Source: Minisyncoccota bacterium (lineage in GTDB: Bacteria; Patescibacteriota; Minisyncoccia; Phycocordibacterales; UBA2100). Taken from it: DNA of 64,000 nucleotides. Under the pieces are notes generated by a model. It was given only the letters and a program-made list of their open reading frames with translations, searched no databases and was not told the origin of the DNA. This document shows positions 33,822 to 43,332 of the stretch, piece after piece. The position numbers and the translations under genes were made by a program. Position 1 is the stretch's first letter. Each line of letters starts with the position of its first letter. The DNA lies in NCBI GenBank assembly GCA_036517195.1, contig DATDXU010000002.1, positions 20,635 to 84,634 of the forward strand, read 5' to 3'.

Positions 33822-35960
33822 ATGTCCGAAGGCGCACGCACATCAAAAATACTTACTTTAGAGGAACTCAAAAGCGACATATACAAAAGTGAGTTTTGGA
33901 AAGAAATGCCCTTTGGGGAATACTTGAATCTTGCACATACGTTTCCATCGGTTTCAAATTCCGCGTATCAGCGAATGTACAAAACGATTGTAGGTCAGGG
34001 CATGCATCCTTACAAATTTGCGGGCCGTGACTACATTCATTACACTGCTTTCGATGATCCGTGGGAAGATGGAAAAGACGCAGTGTTTGGTCTTGATCGG
34101 ACACTCATGCGTCTCGTTGATGTGCTTCGTGCGGGAGCCGCTCGTCTCGGACAAGAACGTCGCATTATCCTGATGCATGGTCCGGTTGGTTCTTGTAAGA
34201 CCACAATCGCGCGCCTTCTTCGGAAAGGGATTCAGGCAAACACCAAGACAGACGCCGGTCAGTTATATACATATTCGTGGCTTGCGAAAACTGACGAAGA
34301 TCGCCTCATTCTCGGACTTTCGTCGTCAAGCGATGCTCAACGAATACATAACAAGGTTTCCTGTCCTGTTCACGAAGATCCGCTGATGTTGCTACCTCCA
34401 GATGCGCGCGGACAAGTGGTTGCAAAAATGAATTGCGTTTCCACTAAGGGGACTGAGCGCGGTCGCGAAGAACTCATTGAGTTCGAGGGCGAACTATGTC
34501 CTGTGTGTCGTCTGATGTATCAAGGATTTCTGCGTAAGTATAAGGGAGACTGGAAGAAAGTAATTTCGGAACACATAGAAGTGCGTCGGCTCATCTTCTC
34601 CGAAGTTGACCGTATCGGCATTGGTTCGTTTCGTCCGAAGGACGAGAAGAATCAGGACTCCACTGAATTAACCGGTGACATGAACTATCGCAAGATTGCG
34701 GAGTATGGTTCGGAGTCTGATCCTCGCGCGTTTAATTTTGACGGTGAGTTTCAGGTTTCCCATCGTGGCTTCTTCTATGTAGAAGAGGCGCTCAAACTTG
34801 ACAAAGCGTTTTTGTACGACTTTCTCGGCGCAAGCCAAGAGCATGTCGTAAAACCGAAGCGTTTCGCGGAGATGTTTATCGACGAGGTTCTTATGGCTGG
34901 TACGAATAATCCAGAATATGAGAAGCTTCGAGAAGACGATAGCATGGAAGCGTTTCGCGATCGAACGACGCGTGTTGATGTCCCGTATGTCCTTCGTCTT
35001 GACGATGAGAAACGCATCTATAACAAGGTGTATGCTACTATCTCTGGAGGAAAACACATCGCTCCACACACACGAGAAATGGCATCACTGTGGGCGATTT
35101 TCACGCGCCTCAAAAATTCTGAAAGAGAAGTGACGCGTGGGCTCAAACTTAGAGACAAGGCGCGCCTGTATAACGGGAAGGTTGTACATGGATATACTGA
35201 CGAACATGTGCAGGACCTTCTGGGTGAGCATCCCGAGGAAGGAATGAGTGGTATTTCTCCTCGATATGTGAACGACATGATAGGTGCTGCTATTGTGAAG
35301 GATCTTCAGGCGCCGTGCACATCGTGGTTCGCCGTTAAGCGTGAACTCGAAGACGGTCTCAAAACCCACTCTCTCATCAAGGGAAGTAAGGGTTCTGGTA
35401 AACGCGAGGACTATCTAAAATATCTTTCCTATGTTATGGAAGAGTTCGATAATATAGTCAAAGAAGAAGTGCAAGAGGCGGTTGCTGGAGATGAAAATGA
35501 TCTCAAGCAGTTGTTTGAGAAATATGTTAATCATCTGGTCGCATATATCAACGGCGAAAAAGTTCTCGATCATCGAGGAGAGCGCGTTGTTCCAGACGAA
35601 CGCCTCATGCGTGAAGTCGAAGAAAAGATTGAAGTTAGTCCGCAACACAAAGATGAATTTCGTCGTCGAGTCGTGCAAACTATGGGTACACGGGCAAGAC
35701 GCAAGGAAGAGTTTAATTACAAAACGGATGAACGTTTGTATCGCGCCTTGCGTTTAAAGTTGTTTGAAGACCGCAAGGACACCATTAACCTCTCAACTCT
35801 GCATACAGGGGTTATTGATCCTGGAGAGCAGGAGAAGATTGAGGTGGTGAAGAAGCGTCTCAAGCAAAACGCGGGGTACTGTGATCATTGTGCAACGCTG
35901 GTTTTGAACCACGTCGCGTCCATTTTTGCACGCGGAACAAGCACGAAAAACAAGGCCTAA
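33822..35960 (+). CDS. prkA: PrkA-family AAA+ protein (putative serine protein kinase PrkA/YeaG)
   Basis: N-terminus resembles YeaG/PrkA (SAYQRMYKTIVGQG vs SAYANAAERLLMAI). Walker A ILMHGPVGSCKTTIARLL. Length is 712 aa. SD is aggaaagagagg. Confidence 0.8.
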   Translation: MSEGARTSKILTLEELKSDIYKSEFWKEMPFGEYLNLAHTFPSVSNSAYQRMYKTIVGQGMHPYKFAGRDYIHYTAFDDPWEDGKDAVFGLDRTLMRLVDVLRAGAARLGQERRIILMHGPVGSCKTTIARLLRKGIQANTKTDAGQLYTYSWLAKTDEDRLILGLSSSSDAQRIHNKVSCPVHEDPLMLLPPDARGQVVAKMNCVSTKGTERGREELIEFEGELCPVCRLMYQGFLRKYKGDWKKVISEHIEVRRLIFSEVDRIGIGSFRPKDEKNQDSTELTGDMNYRKIAEYGSESDPRAFNFDGEFQVSHRGFFYVEEALKLDKAFLYDFLGASQEHVVKPKRFAEMFIDEVLMAGTNNPEYEKLREDDSMEAFRDRTTRVDVPYVLRLDDEKRIYNKVYATISGGKHIAPHTREMASLWAIFTRLKNSEREVTRGLKLRDKARLYNGKVVHGYTDEHVQDLLGEHPEEGMSGISPRYVNDMIGAAIVKDLQAPCTSWFAVKRELEDGLKTHSLIKGSKGSGKREDYLKYLSYVMEEFDNIVKEEVQEAVAGDENDLKQLFEKYVNHLVAYINGEKVLDHRGERVVPDERLMREVEEKIEVSPQHKDEFRRRVVQTMGTRARRKEEFNYKTDERLYRALRLKLFEDRKDTINLSTLHTGVIDPGEQEKIEVVKKRLKQNAGYCDHCATLVLNHVASIFARGTSTKNKA

Positions 35961-35975
35961 CTATGGGCATGTGGG

Positions 35976-36012
35976 GGGACGGAAGGTGTAACCTTCCGTC
36001 CCTTTCTTTTTT
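35976..36012 (+). terminator. rho-independent terminator ggacggaagg-tgtaa-ccttccgtcc + ctttctttttt
   Basis: 10-bp perfect stem plus a T-run, directly after prkA. Confidence 0.7.
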
Positions 36013-36069
36013 AAATACCCATGAGAGTATGTACATAGAATAGATAGGTACAAAGAAAGGTAGGGTGCG

Positions 36070-37308
36070 ATGACAAGACGTATTACGCAAGATGAACAAG
36101 AATTTCTCGACATCCTTCGTGGAAAGTGGCGTACGGGTGAGCTATTGAAATATTTGCAACGTGGCCAGATAACCATTCTTGGTCCCGGCAAAGGTTTCAG
36201 CATCCCCATGGAAGAAATCATTATTCCTCGGGCACACCTTGCCCCCATACCACCTGACGCAGAGTTGCAAGAAACGGGTGATGGGAAAGAGGGTGACGCA
36301 AATGTTGGTCCGGATATTGGCATAGGGCAAGGTCCAGGAAAACCCGGAACTGACCTCGGTCCAGTTGAGGGTGATGACGGAGAGGGAAGTGAGGGAGGAG
36401 AACGCTCGGCCGGAAGTGGTCGCGGGGGCGACGTCGAGCGTGTTGAGGTTCCTGCTGATGAGGCGTATGAGCTTTTTGCAGAAATGCTCGAACTTCCCCG
36501 TATTCAACCGAAGGGTGACAAGTCGATTACAAAAGAAGAGTGGAAATATACAGATATTCGGAAAACTGGACCCGATTCACTTGTACACAGACGCCGTACG
36601 CTCAAAGAAGCCTTGAAACGCAATATCGCAGAGGGAACGTATGTGCCGGAGCGTCCACGAATTATTGTTGAACGTCCCGACAAACGGTACCGTATTCCGG
36701 AAGTTATCAAAAAGCCAAAAAACAACGCAGTCATCTTCTTCATGATGGATGTGTCTGGTTCCATGACCTCCGAGGATAGAAAAATGGTGCGTTATTTTTG
36801 CGCACTGTTTGAATTTTGGCTCGTTGGAAATTTTGATGGTATAGAGATTGTGTGGATTATTCACGACGGAGAGGCCGATCGTGTTGATCGCGATACATTC
36901 TTCAATACCTTTCGCGCAGGAGGAACGGTGGTTTCAACGGCGCATGCGCTTATGCTCAAGATTATTGACGAAGAGTTCCCGCCAGCGAATTGGAATATTT
37001 ATCCAGTGTATCTTTCAGACGGGTTCAATTTCGGTGATGACGATGACCTGTGTCTGGAACTTATACGAGAAAATACTCTTCCAGTTGTAAATCAATATAC
37101 GTACTGTGAAGTTTCTGCTGAACGCGAGTGGTGGGGAGCCACACTTGCAGAGGGCGGAGATCCGAATAGTCGCTTCTCTCCCTCGGGAAGTTTTGGAAAA
37201 ATGCTCCAAGACAATTTTTCCAATGACACTCGGGTTGCATGTACGAACCTGAAGAAGATACAAGACATTCCTGGGGCACTGAAAGCAGTATTCGGAAAAG
37301 GAAACTAA
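36070..37308 (+). CDS. YeaH/YhbH-like protein (DUF444, vWA-like)
   Basis: MIDAS-like MMDVSGSMTSEDRKM. Gly/Asp/Glu-rich low-complexity N-region as in YeaH. Positioned between prkA and spoVR. Confidence 0.75.
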   Translation: MTRRITQDEQEFLDILRGKWRTGELLKYLQRGQITILGPGKGFSIPMEEIIIPRAHLAPIPPDAELQETGDGKEGDANVGPDIGIGQGPGKPGTDLGPVEGDDGEGSEGGERSAGSGRGGDVERVEVPADEAYELFAEMLELPRIQPKGDKSITKEEWKYTDIRKTGPDSLVHRRRTLKEALKRNIAEGTYVPERPRIIVERPDKRYRIPEVIKKPKNNAVIFFMMDVSGSMTSEDRKMVRYFCALFEFWLVGNFDGIEIVWIIHDGEADRVDRDTFFNTFRAGGTVVSTAHALMLKIIDEEFPPANWNIYPVYLSDGFNFGDDDDLCLELIRENTLPVVNQYTYCEVSAEREWWGATLAEGGDPNSRFSPSGSFGKMLQDNFSNDTRVACTNLKKIQDIPGALKAVFGKGN

Positions 37309-37319
37309 GGAGGAATATC

Positions 37320-39539
37320 ATGACTGCAACTCTTCGCGTACGACCACAATTTCCGACGCACTTGAAACATTGGAAGTATGAAATCGAGCGGATTGCCAAA
37401 AGACTCGGTCTTGAATTATATCCGACCGATTTTCAAATGGTGGACCATGAAGAAATATCCGAACTTGCCGCATACCAGGGGTTTCCTGTTCGGGGACACC
37501 ACTGGTCCTACGGACAAGAAAGTTTGCGTATGAAAAAATCGTATCGATGGGGTCTCCACATTATCTATGAGATGGTTATTCCTACGAATCGACCGTGCTA
37601 TGCATATCTTCTTGATGTAAATCCCGATAGCATTCAAAAACAGGTGATGGCGCACGTCTATGGCCATAACGACTTTTTCGGAAGAAACATTTGGTTTCGA
37701 GATGTGCCGGGGAATCTCCATGATCGTTTCGGCGATAATGCAATGCGCCTTGAGGAGATGCGTCTTGAACACGGCAAAGAGAAGGTGGATAGGTTTCTTG
37801 AGGCCTGTATGTCTCTCGATAATCTCTTCAATCCTCTTGACCCTCTTGAGTTACAAATTTCGCCTCCCCAGTCTCTTGCGGGATCTTTACCAGGTCCCAT
37901 GAAAGAGAAGCGTCATCCGAAACGTCTTATTTCGAACGAGGCGTTGCCGGGATACATGGATGAATACATTAATCCTCCAGAGTGGCTTGATGAAGAGAGG
38001 CGGCGTCTGGCAGAAGAAGAAAAAGTAAAATCTGATATTGCGCGCGGTGTGCGTGTTCCTGAAAAGCCGATTCGTGACATCCTCGGCTTTGCTCTTGTGC
38101 ACGCCCCTCTAGAGCCATGGCAACAAGAAGCCGTACGTATGGTACGTGAAGAAAGTCAACCTCTATGGAAAGGTGCCCAAACAAAATTTATGAATGAGGG
38201 GTGGGCGGCTCTTTGGGAAGCGGAAATTATGGCTGGTCAGGGCGTTGCACTTGATTCAGAGGTGTGTTCTTTCGCGCAGGCGTATGCCGGTGTACAGGGA
38301 GGTGAAGGTTCCATCAACCCGTATCGTCTCGGTAAACAATTGTGGGACGATATCAGAATGCGATGGGATACCGGTCGGCATGGGCGAATCTGGAACGAGT
38401 GTGTTGACGGCACAATTAAGAAACGATGGGAGGAATTCATTGTATTCAAGTCCCTCTATGATGAGCATGGAGGTGCGACCAGTGAATTTTCCAAAGAGTG
38501 GGATGAGTTTGTTACCCTTGTTCACGAAACCCGCGAGGGCCGTGGGTGCGTACGGAATGCCTTTTTTCTTCCAGAAAACGTTGTCACAGAGTGGTTATAC
38601 TATAAGAAATCCGTAGAAAAACTTAAGGAACTTCAAATAGCCATGAGGGATGTGCTCGAGCTGGAGGCAAAGGCACGCACATCTACCAAAAACGGCGATG
38701 AGGAAAAAACCGCGTGGTTTAAACGTCGGTGGGATGCGATCAAGATCTCCAACTCTCCCCATCGCTTCTGGTCTTCCAAAGAACTACAAGTTGAAATTGA
38801 TCGTTGTACGTTCTACATACAGTTTAAGGAACGTATTTCAAAGGGGGATGTGGCTGTGTTGCAGACCCCAATTCCACACGAGTGGGTGTATTGGGCGAAA
38901 CGTCACGAACTCCTTGGTGGTCTCGGCAAAGGGCTCGAAAAAATGTTTGAGGTGTGTGCGACGCACAATGACGCAAGCTTTGTTGACGACTTTTTTACTT
39001 CCGATTTTTGTGCTAGACATGGGTACTACACAATCGGCATGGGAAAATCGTCTCAACAGCCGTTCGCGAGCGAGGACCGATATGTTATCAGTTCTCGTAA
39101 TCACTTGCGTGTGAAGCGCCTCCTCCTCAACATGCTTCTCGGAAAGCCGAAGATATTGTTGGTTGATGCGAACTTCAACAATAATAACGAGTGGCGTCTC
39201 ATTCATCTTCACGACGGTCGCGATATTTGTTACGCGGGTTGTCACATCTGCAACGGCAAGAGCAGTATGAAAGATGTGATGGAGAGGATATACATCGTAT
39301 GGAATAGAAAGAAGGCGGTGCACCTTGAAACAATTAAAACAGAATGGCCAAAACGGAAACCACCCTGGTACTACTGGTATCCGCCCGGTTGGTCAGGGCC
39401 GGAAATCGAAAGACCTAAACATCGATGGGTTCGATACTCGTGCATAGATGATGTGCACGCGACCAATGTTTTACCGTTCGAGAGTGTGGATGAAGATATA
39501 AGAAAACTTCTCCCCCACATTCCAGATACTCTTGAGTAA
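37320..39539 (+). CDS. spoVR: SpoVR/YcgB-family protein
   Basis: ELAAYQGFPVRGHHWSYGQE...WGLHIIYEMVI...AHVYGHNDFF matches the SpoVR N-terminal core. Start at ATG 37320 with an aaggagga SD; the track ORF extends 27 codons further upstream into yeaH. Confidence 0.8.
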   Translation: MTATLRVRPQFPTHLKHWKYEIERIAKRLGLELYPTDFQMVDHEEISELAAYQGFPVRGHHWSYGQESLRMKKSYRWGLHIIYEMVIPTNRPCYAYLLDVNPDSIQKQVMAHVYGHNDFFGRNIWFRDVPGNLHDRFGDNAMRLEEMRLEHGKEKVDRFLEACMSLDNLFNPLDPLELQISPPQSLAGSLPGPMKEKRHPKRLISNEALPGYMDEYINPPEWLDEERRRLAEEEKVKSDIARGVRVPEKPIRDILGFALVHAPLEPWQQEAVRMVREESQPLWKGAQTKFMNEGWAALWEAEIMAGQGVALDSEVCSFAQAYAGVQGGEGSINPYRLGKQLWDDIRMRWDTGRHGRIWNECVDGTIKKRWEEFIVFKSLYDEHGGATSEFSKEWDEFVTLVHETREGRGCVRNAFFLPENVVTEWLYYKKSVEKLKELQIAMRDVLELEAKARTSTKNGDEEKTAWFKRRWDAIKISNSPHRFWSSKELQVEIDRCTFYIQFKERISKGDVAVLQTPIPHEWVYWAKRHELLGGLGKGLEKMFEVCATHNDASFVDDFFTSDFCARHGYYTIGMGKSSQQPFASEDRYVISSRNHLRVKRLLLNMLLGKPKILLVDANFNNNNEWRLIHLHDGRDICYAGCHICNGKSSMKDVMERIYIVWNRKKAVHLETIKTEWPKRKPPWYYWYPPGWSGPEIERPKHRWVRYSCIDDVHATNVLPFESVDEDIRKLLPHIPDTLE

Positions 39540-39547
39540 GAAAGTGT

Positions 39548-39580
39548 GCCCCGCGGATGATTCCGCGGGGTATTTTTTTG
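39548..39580 (+). terminator. rho-independent terminator gccccgcgg-atgat-tccgcggggt + T8
   Basis: Perfect stem plus tatttttttg, directly after spoVR. Confidence 0.7.
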
Positions 39581-39596
39581 TCGCACGCATGACTCG

Positions 39597-39624
39597 TTGA
39601 CGCCCACACCCTCGGTGTTATCGT
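39597..39624 (+). promoter_or_regulatory. putative sigma70 promoter TTGACG-16-TATCGT for the E1 operon
   Basis: About 55 nt upstream of the ATG at 39680, which has an aaaggagg SD. Confidence 0.4.
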
Positions 39625-39679
39625 TGGGAGAGGTATTGTTGCTCCTTTACACACAGAAAGAGTAGAAAGGAGGAAACTA

Positions 39680-40795
39680 ATGAAAAAAGAAGTCGCCCGA
39701 TTTGCAATTACTCACACGCAATTCGTGGACGAAAACGGGAATATGAATGAAGATTTTCCGCAAGACGTGCCGTCTTCGGACATTCTTACTCAATGGTATA
39801 AGACGATGGTTCTCACACGCGTATTTGACGGGAAGGCAATCAATCTTCAGCGCACTGGCAAGATGGGCACCTACGCTTCATCCGAAGGGCAAGAGGCGGT
39901 GGGAGTTGGACTTGCGAGCGCTATGCAGGAAGGGGATGTGCTTGTGCCCACCTATCGTGAACATGTGGCACAAATGATGCGCGCCGATTCTCCAGAAAGT
40001 GCCATGACAAAAATTCTGCTTTTTTGGGGAGGGGACGAGCGTGGAAATATGCGAGAGGGAATAGGAAAAGACGATTTTCCTGCATGTGTTCCGATCGGCA
40101 CACAGACATGCCATGCTGTGGGTGTCGCGTCCGCGTTCAAAATACGGAAAGAAAAGCGTGCCGTTGTGTGCACGGTGGGAGACGGGGGCACGTCAAAGGG
40201 TGATTTTTATGAATCGCTCAATTGTGCCGGCGCCTGGCAACTGCCCGTTGTATTTGTGATTGTGAACAATGGTTTTGCCATCTCACTGTCTCGGGACAAA
40301 CAAACGAACTCGCTGACACTTGCCCAAAAAGGAATAGCCGCTGGCATTCATTTTTGCCAACAGGTGGACGGCAATGATGTGGTTGCGGTATATGAGGCGG
40401 TTCGTGTGGCATTGCAAAGAGCAAGGGCGGGTCAGGGCCCCAGTGTTATTGAAGCCCTGACGTATCGTTTGTCTGACCACACGACTGCGGACGACGCGAA
40501 ACGGTATCGGAGTTCAGAAGAAGTGAAGGTGGCGCGAAAGAAAGATCCGCTACTCCGCTCTCGGGCGCTTCTTGAACGTCTGGGGCACTGGGATGCTTCT
40601 CTTGAAGAAGAGCTCCAAAAACAGTCCCACGCTTCTGTGGAGTCCGCTGTCAAAAGTTATTTTGATATCATTGAAAATCACCCGCAGACAGCGTCAGATA
40701 TGTTCGTATTTTTGCACGAACATATTCCAGAATCTCTCGTACAGCAACAGGGGAGAGCGCTTTCGGAAAAGAAAGGAGGTATAGGTGGTCATTAA
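39680..40795 (+). CDS. 2-oxoacid (pyruvate/acetoin/branched-chain) dehydrogenase E1 component alpha subunit, TPP-dependent
   Basis: E1-alpha TPP-binding pattern ...GDGGTSKGDFYESLNCAGAWQLPVVFVIVNNGFAIS... with a length of about 370 aa. Confidence 0.85.
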   Translation: MKKEVARFAITHTQFVDENGNMNEDFPQDVPSSDILTQWYKTMVLTRVFDGKAINLQRTGKMGTYASSEGQEAVGVGLASAMQEGDVLVPTYREHVAQMMRADSPESAMTKILLFWGGDERGNMREGIGKDDFPACVPIGTQTCHAVGVASAFKIRKEKRAVVCTVGDGGTSKGDFYESLNCAGAWQLPVVFVIVNNGFAISLSRDKQTNSLTLAQKGIAAGIHFCQQVDGNDVVAVYEAVRVALQRARAGQGPSVIEALTYRLSDHTTADDAKRYRSSEEVKVARKKDPLLRSRALLERLGHWDASLEEELQKQSHASVESAVKSYFDIIENHPQTASDMFVFLHEHIPESLVQQQGRALSEKKGGIGGH

Positions 40796-41801
40796 CGTAA
40801 AGGAGAACGCACCTGATTCTGGGCTCGGGCACACGATGGTGGATGCCTTGAATATGGCACTCGCGTATGAAATGCGCGTCAACAAACATGTTGTCGTGTT
40901 AGGAGAAGACATTGGAGTCAATGGTGGAGTATTCCGTGTAACCGACGGACTCTTAAAGAAATTCGGCAGAGAGAGGGTACTGGATACGCCCCTGTCTGAA
41001 ACGCTTATTGTCGGCATGTCAATTGGCATGGCGTCGCAGGGATTACGCCCCGTTGCGGAAATTCAATTCAGCGGGTTCGTGTATCCCGGGTTTGATCAAA
41101 TTGTGAACCACGCTTCACGTCTGCGGAATCGCACGCGTGGGGTCTTAACGTGCCCCATGGTCGTGCGTATGCCATCTGGCGGTGGAATCCACGCCCCAGA
41201 GCATCATTCGGAAAGCGTTGAAGCGTTCTTTACGCACGTTCCGGGGTTGCGCGTTGTTATTCCGTCTTCTCCGAAACGCGCGTACGGACTTTTGCTCGCA
41301 TCCATTCGCGACCCTGATCCCGTTATATTTCTTGAGCCAACACGGCTCTACCGTCTCGGGAAAGAGGTTGTGGAAGACACAGGAGAAGCATTGCCGCTTG
41401 ACCGCTGTTTCGTGCTTCGTGAGGGAAAAGACGTAACGTTGGTGAGTTGGGGCGCGTCAATCCACGAAACCTTGCTTGCGACGGACGCACTTCTCAAAGA
41501 AGGTGTGAGTGCGGAAGTGATTGACGTTGCAACCTTGAAGTATCTTGATGAGGCAACTATCTTGCAATCAGTCAAGAAGACGGGCCGTCTCGTCGTTATA
41601 CACGAGGCGCCCGAGATGAGCGGTTTTGGTGCCGAAATTATGGCGCGCGTGCTCGAAAGGGGGTTGTATTTCCTTCTTTCTCCTCCGCGTCGCATAGCAG
41701 GGTTCAATTGCGTAATGCCGCTGTATCGGCTTGAGGAACACTACATTCCAAGCGTTGAGCGCATTGTTGCGGAAGTTCGTGAGTTGTTGGCGGCATCATG
41801 A
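40785..41801 (+). CDS. 2-oxoacid dehydrogenase E1 component beta subunit
   Basis: Transketolase-like pyrimidine-binding and C-terminal domains (LGEDIGVNGGVFRVTDGL...FSGFVYPGFDQIVNHASR...). GTG start with an aggagg SD; overlaps the alpha stop. Confidence 0.85.
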   Translation: MVINVKENAPDSGLGHTMVDALNMALAYEMRVNKHVVVLGEDIGVNGGVFRVTDGLLKKFGRERVLDTPLSETLIVGMSIGMASQGLRPVAEIQFSGFVYPGFDQIVNHASRLRNRTRGVLTCPMVVRMPSGGGIHAPEHHSESVEAFFTHVPGLRVVIPSSPKRAYGLLLASIRDPDPVIFLEPTRLYRLGKEVVEDTGEALPLDRCFVLREGKDVTLVSWGASIHETLLATDALLKEGVSAEVIDVATLKYLDEATILQSVKKTGRLVVIHEAPEMSGFGAEIMARVLERGLYFLLSPPRRIAGFNCVMPLYRLEEHYIPSVERIVAEVRELLAAS

Positions 41802-42334
41802 CCGCGCATGCTTTTAAACCACCACCCCGAAGTCAGGAGCGGTGGTTTCTTTTATGCATCGCTTTGCGCAGTGGTATACTGGTATATATGATTTGGGATT
41901 CGATGTTCGATTCGAGGTTTAGCTGGCAAAAAATCCCGCACTATTATGGGGATGTGGTGCGCGTTCTGTTTGTCGTGGTTGCCGTGTTGCTCCTTATCTC
42001 CATACCGATGTTTGGAACCGTACTTCCATTCGGTGTTCCCGCACAAATCGTAGGAGCAATTATTTTGGTGTTATGCGCGGCGTTTACTAATCCGCACAGC
42101 AAGTGGATTGTAGTGGCGAATGCAATTATCGCGGGATGTGCAGTTATGTTGTTCGAAGCAGCGGCTATTTCTCTGTACACGAAAGATGCCATTCCCTTGT
42201 TTTTCGTACGGGAAGCGGGAGCGCTGTTGATGCTCTTTGCCCTGTATTTCAGCGTGAAAACTGCGCGATCGTTTATTATGCACACGATAGGCCACACCAG
42301 TAACTCATTCGGTGAATTCCCGGATAAAGAATAG
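41798..42334 (+). CDS. hypothetical membrane protein (5 TM)
   Basis: ATGA overlap with the E1-beta stop; hydrophobic helices. Confidence 0.5.
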   Translation: MTAHAFKPPPRSQERWFLLCIALRSGILVYMIWDSMFDSRFSWQKIPHYYGDVVRVLFVVVAVLLLISIPMFGTVLPFGVPAQIVGAIILVLCAAFTNPHSKWIVVANAIIAGCAVMLFEAAAISLYTKDAIPLFFVREAGALLMLFALYFSVKTARSFIMHTIGHTSNSFGEFPDKE

Positions 42335-42366
42335 TTTTTTCGGCATAAAAAAGAAAACGACCCCGT

Positions 42367-42750
42367 TTATGGAGTCGCTTTGAAGGTGCTCTGGGAGGCG
42401 GCGGGCATGTAGAGATGTATCTTTTCGAATCGAACACCAATGTGAAGTGGATGTAATCGTTTTTGCAAATCTTCACAGTGAGTATACAGGATGTCTTTTT
42501 CTCCGCGAACGTAGAGAAACGGTCCGTAATTGTATTGCAACTCGTCTTCCGTGGTGTGCATCTGCACGATTCCCACGTCACGTTCATACGAAGCGCCCCC
42601 GAGGGCTTTTCTGACGCCGTGTTCCATCACTACCTCAGGGTCGAGAATGGATTCACTGTCGACGACATAGAGGCCATGAATCTCAATTCGTATCAACGGC
42701 TCGCTCTTCTCTTCAGTGTATGCCTCAATGTCTGTCTGAATCATTCGCAC
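42367..42750 (-). CDS. hypothetical protein (127 aa)
   Basis: Strong SD (aaaggagag) and a -10-like TATACT upstream. No recognisable motif. Confidence 0.45.
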   Translation of the reverse strand: MRMIQTDIEAYTEEKSEPLIRIEIHGLYVVDSESILDPEVVMEHGVRKALGGASYERDVGIVQMHTTEDELQYNYGPFLYVRGEKDILYTHCEDLQKRLHPLHIGVRFEKIHLYMPAASQSTFKATP

Positions 42751-42795
42751 TCTCCTTTATCCGTGTACTGTATATAAGTATAGGAGTAGGTACTA

Positions 42796-42832
42796 TAAAA
42801 GAAAAGCTCCGCGCGGGCGCGGAGCGTTGTGT
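42796..42832. terminator. terminator hairpin gctccgcgc-ggg-cgcggagc with A-run before and T-rich after
   Basis: Follows the stop of 42843-43220 (-). Confidence 0.55.
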
Positions 42833-42842
42833 TCGTCGAGAT

Positions 42843-43220
42843 CTATTGCATTTGAGAGGCGCATCGTTTGATGAACGCTTCGGTTACGAAATATTCACCA
42901 TTTTCACCAATCGCGATGTACACATCGAGGGGCGCGCGCCAGCACATGCTAGAATTATCGTTAAACCATGCTCCCAGAAGTCCCCAGAGTATCGTGTCCG
43001 GATTCCAGTTTTGCTGTTCATAAAATCGTCTTAGTTCTTGTGTTGTAAAACTGGACCAATATCCGCGTTCTTGAAAAAAACGAAGTAGTTTCTGAGCGGA
43101 TTCTTCTACTTCGCGTTTTCCAAACGTGCCGATTAACCTTGTGGAAATCTGGTGCGGACGAAGGGGGTAGTGCTGGTTGCCCGCAGTTTCCTCAACGGGA
43201 ACGATGTTGCGTTCGGCCAT
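42843..43220 (-). CDS. hypothetical protein (125 aa)
   Basis: aaggaga SD before the ATG at 43220. No recognisable motif. Confidence 0.45.
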   Translation of the reverse strand: MAERNIVPVEETAGNQHYPLRPHQISTRLIGTFGKREVEESAQKLLRFFQERGYWSSFTTQELRRFYEQQNWNPDTILWGLLGAWFNDNSSMCWRAPLDVYIAIGENGEYFVTEAFIKRCASQMQ

Positions 43221-43332
43221 GTGCGTCTCCTTCTGTGCGCGCGCTATGTATCCACCCCTACAATAGCATACTTATTTTTAAAAAATAATCCCCACGTTCA
43301 CATATTTCCTAAAATGATATATCGTTGGTTCC

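Noticed and set aside
37239-37319. 27-codon upstream extension of spoVR overlapping yeaH
   Set aside because: An ATG with a perfect aaggagga SD lies at 37320, where the conserved SpoVR N-terminus begins.
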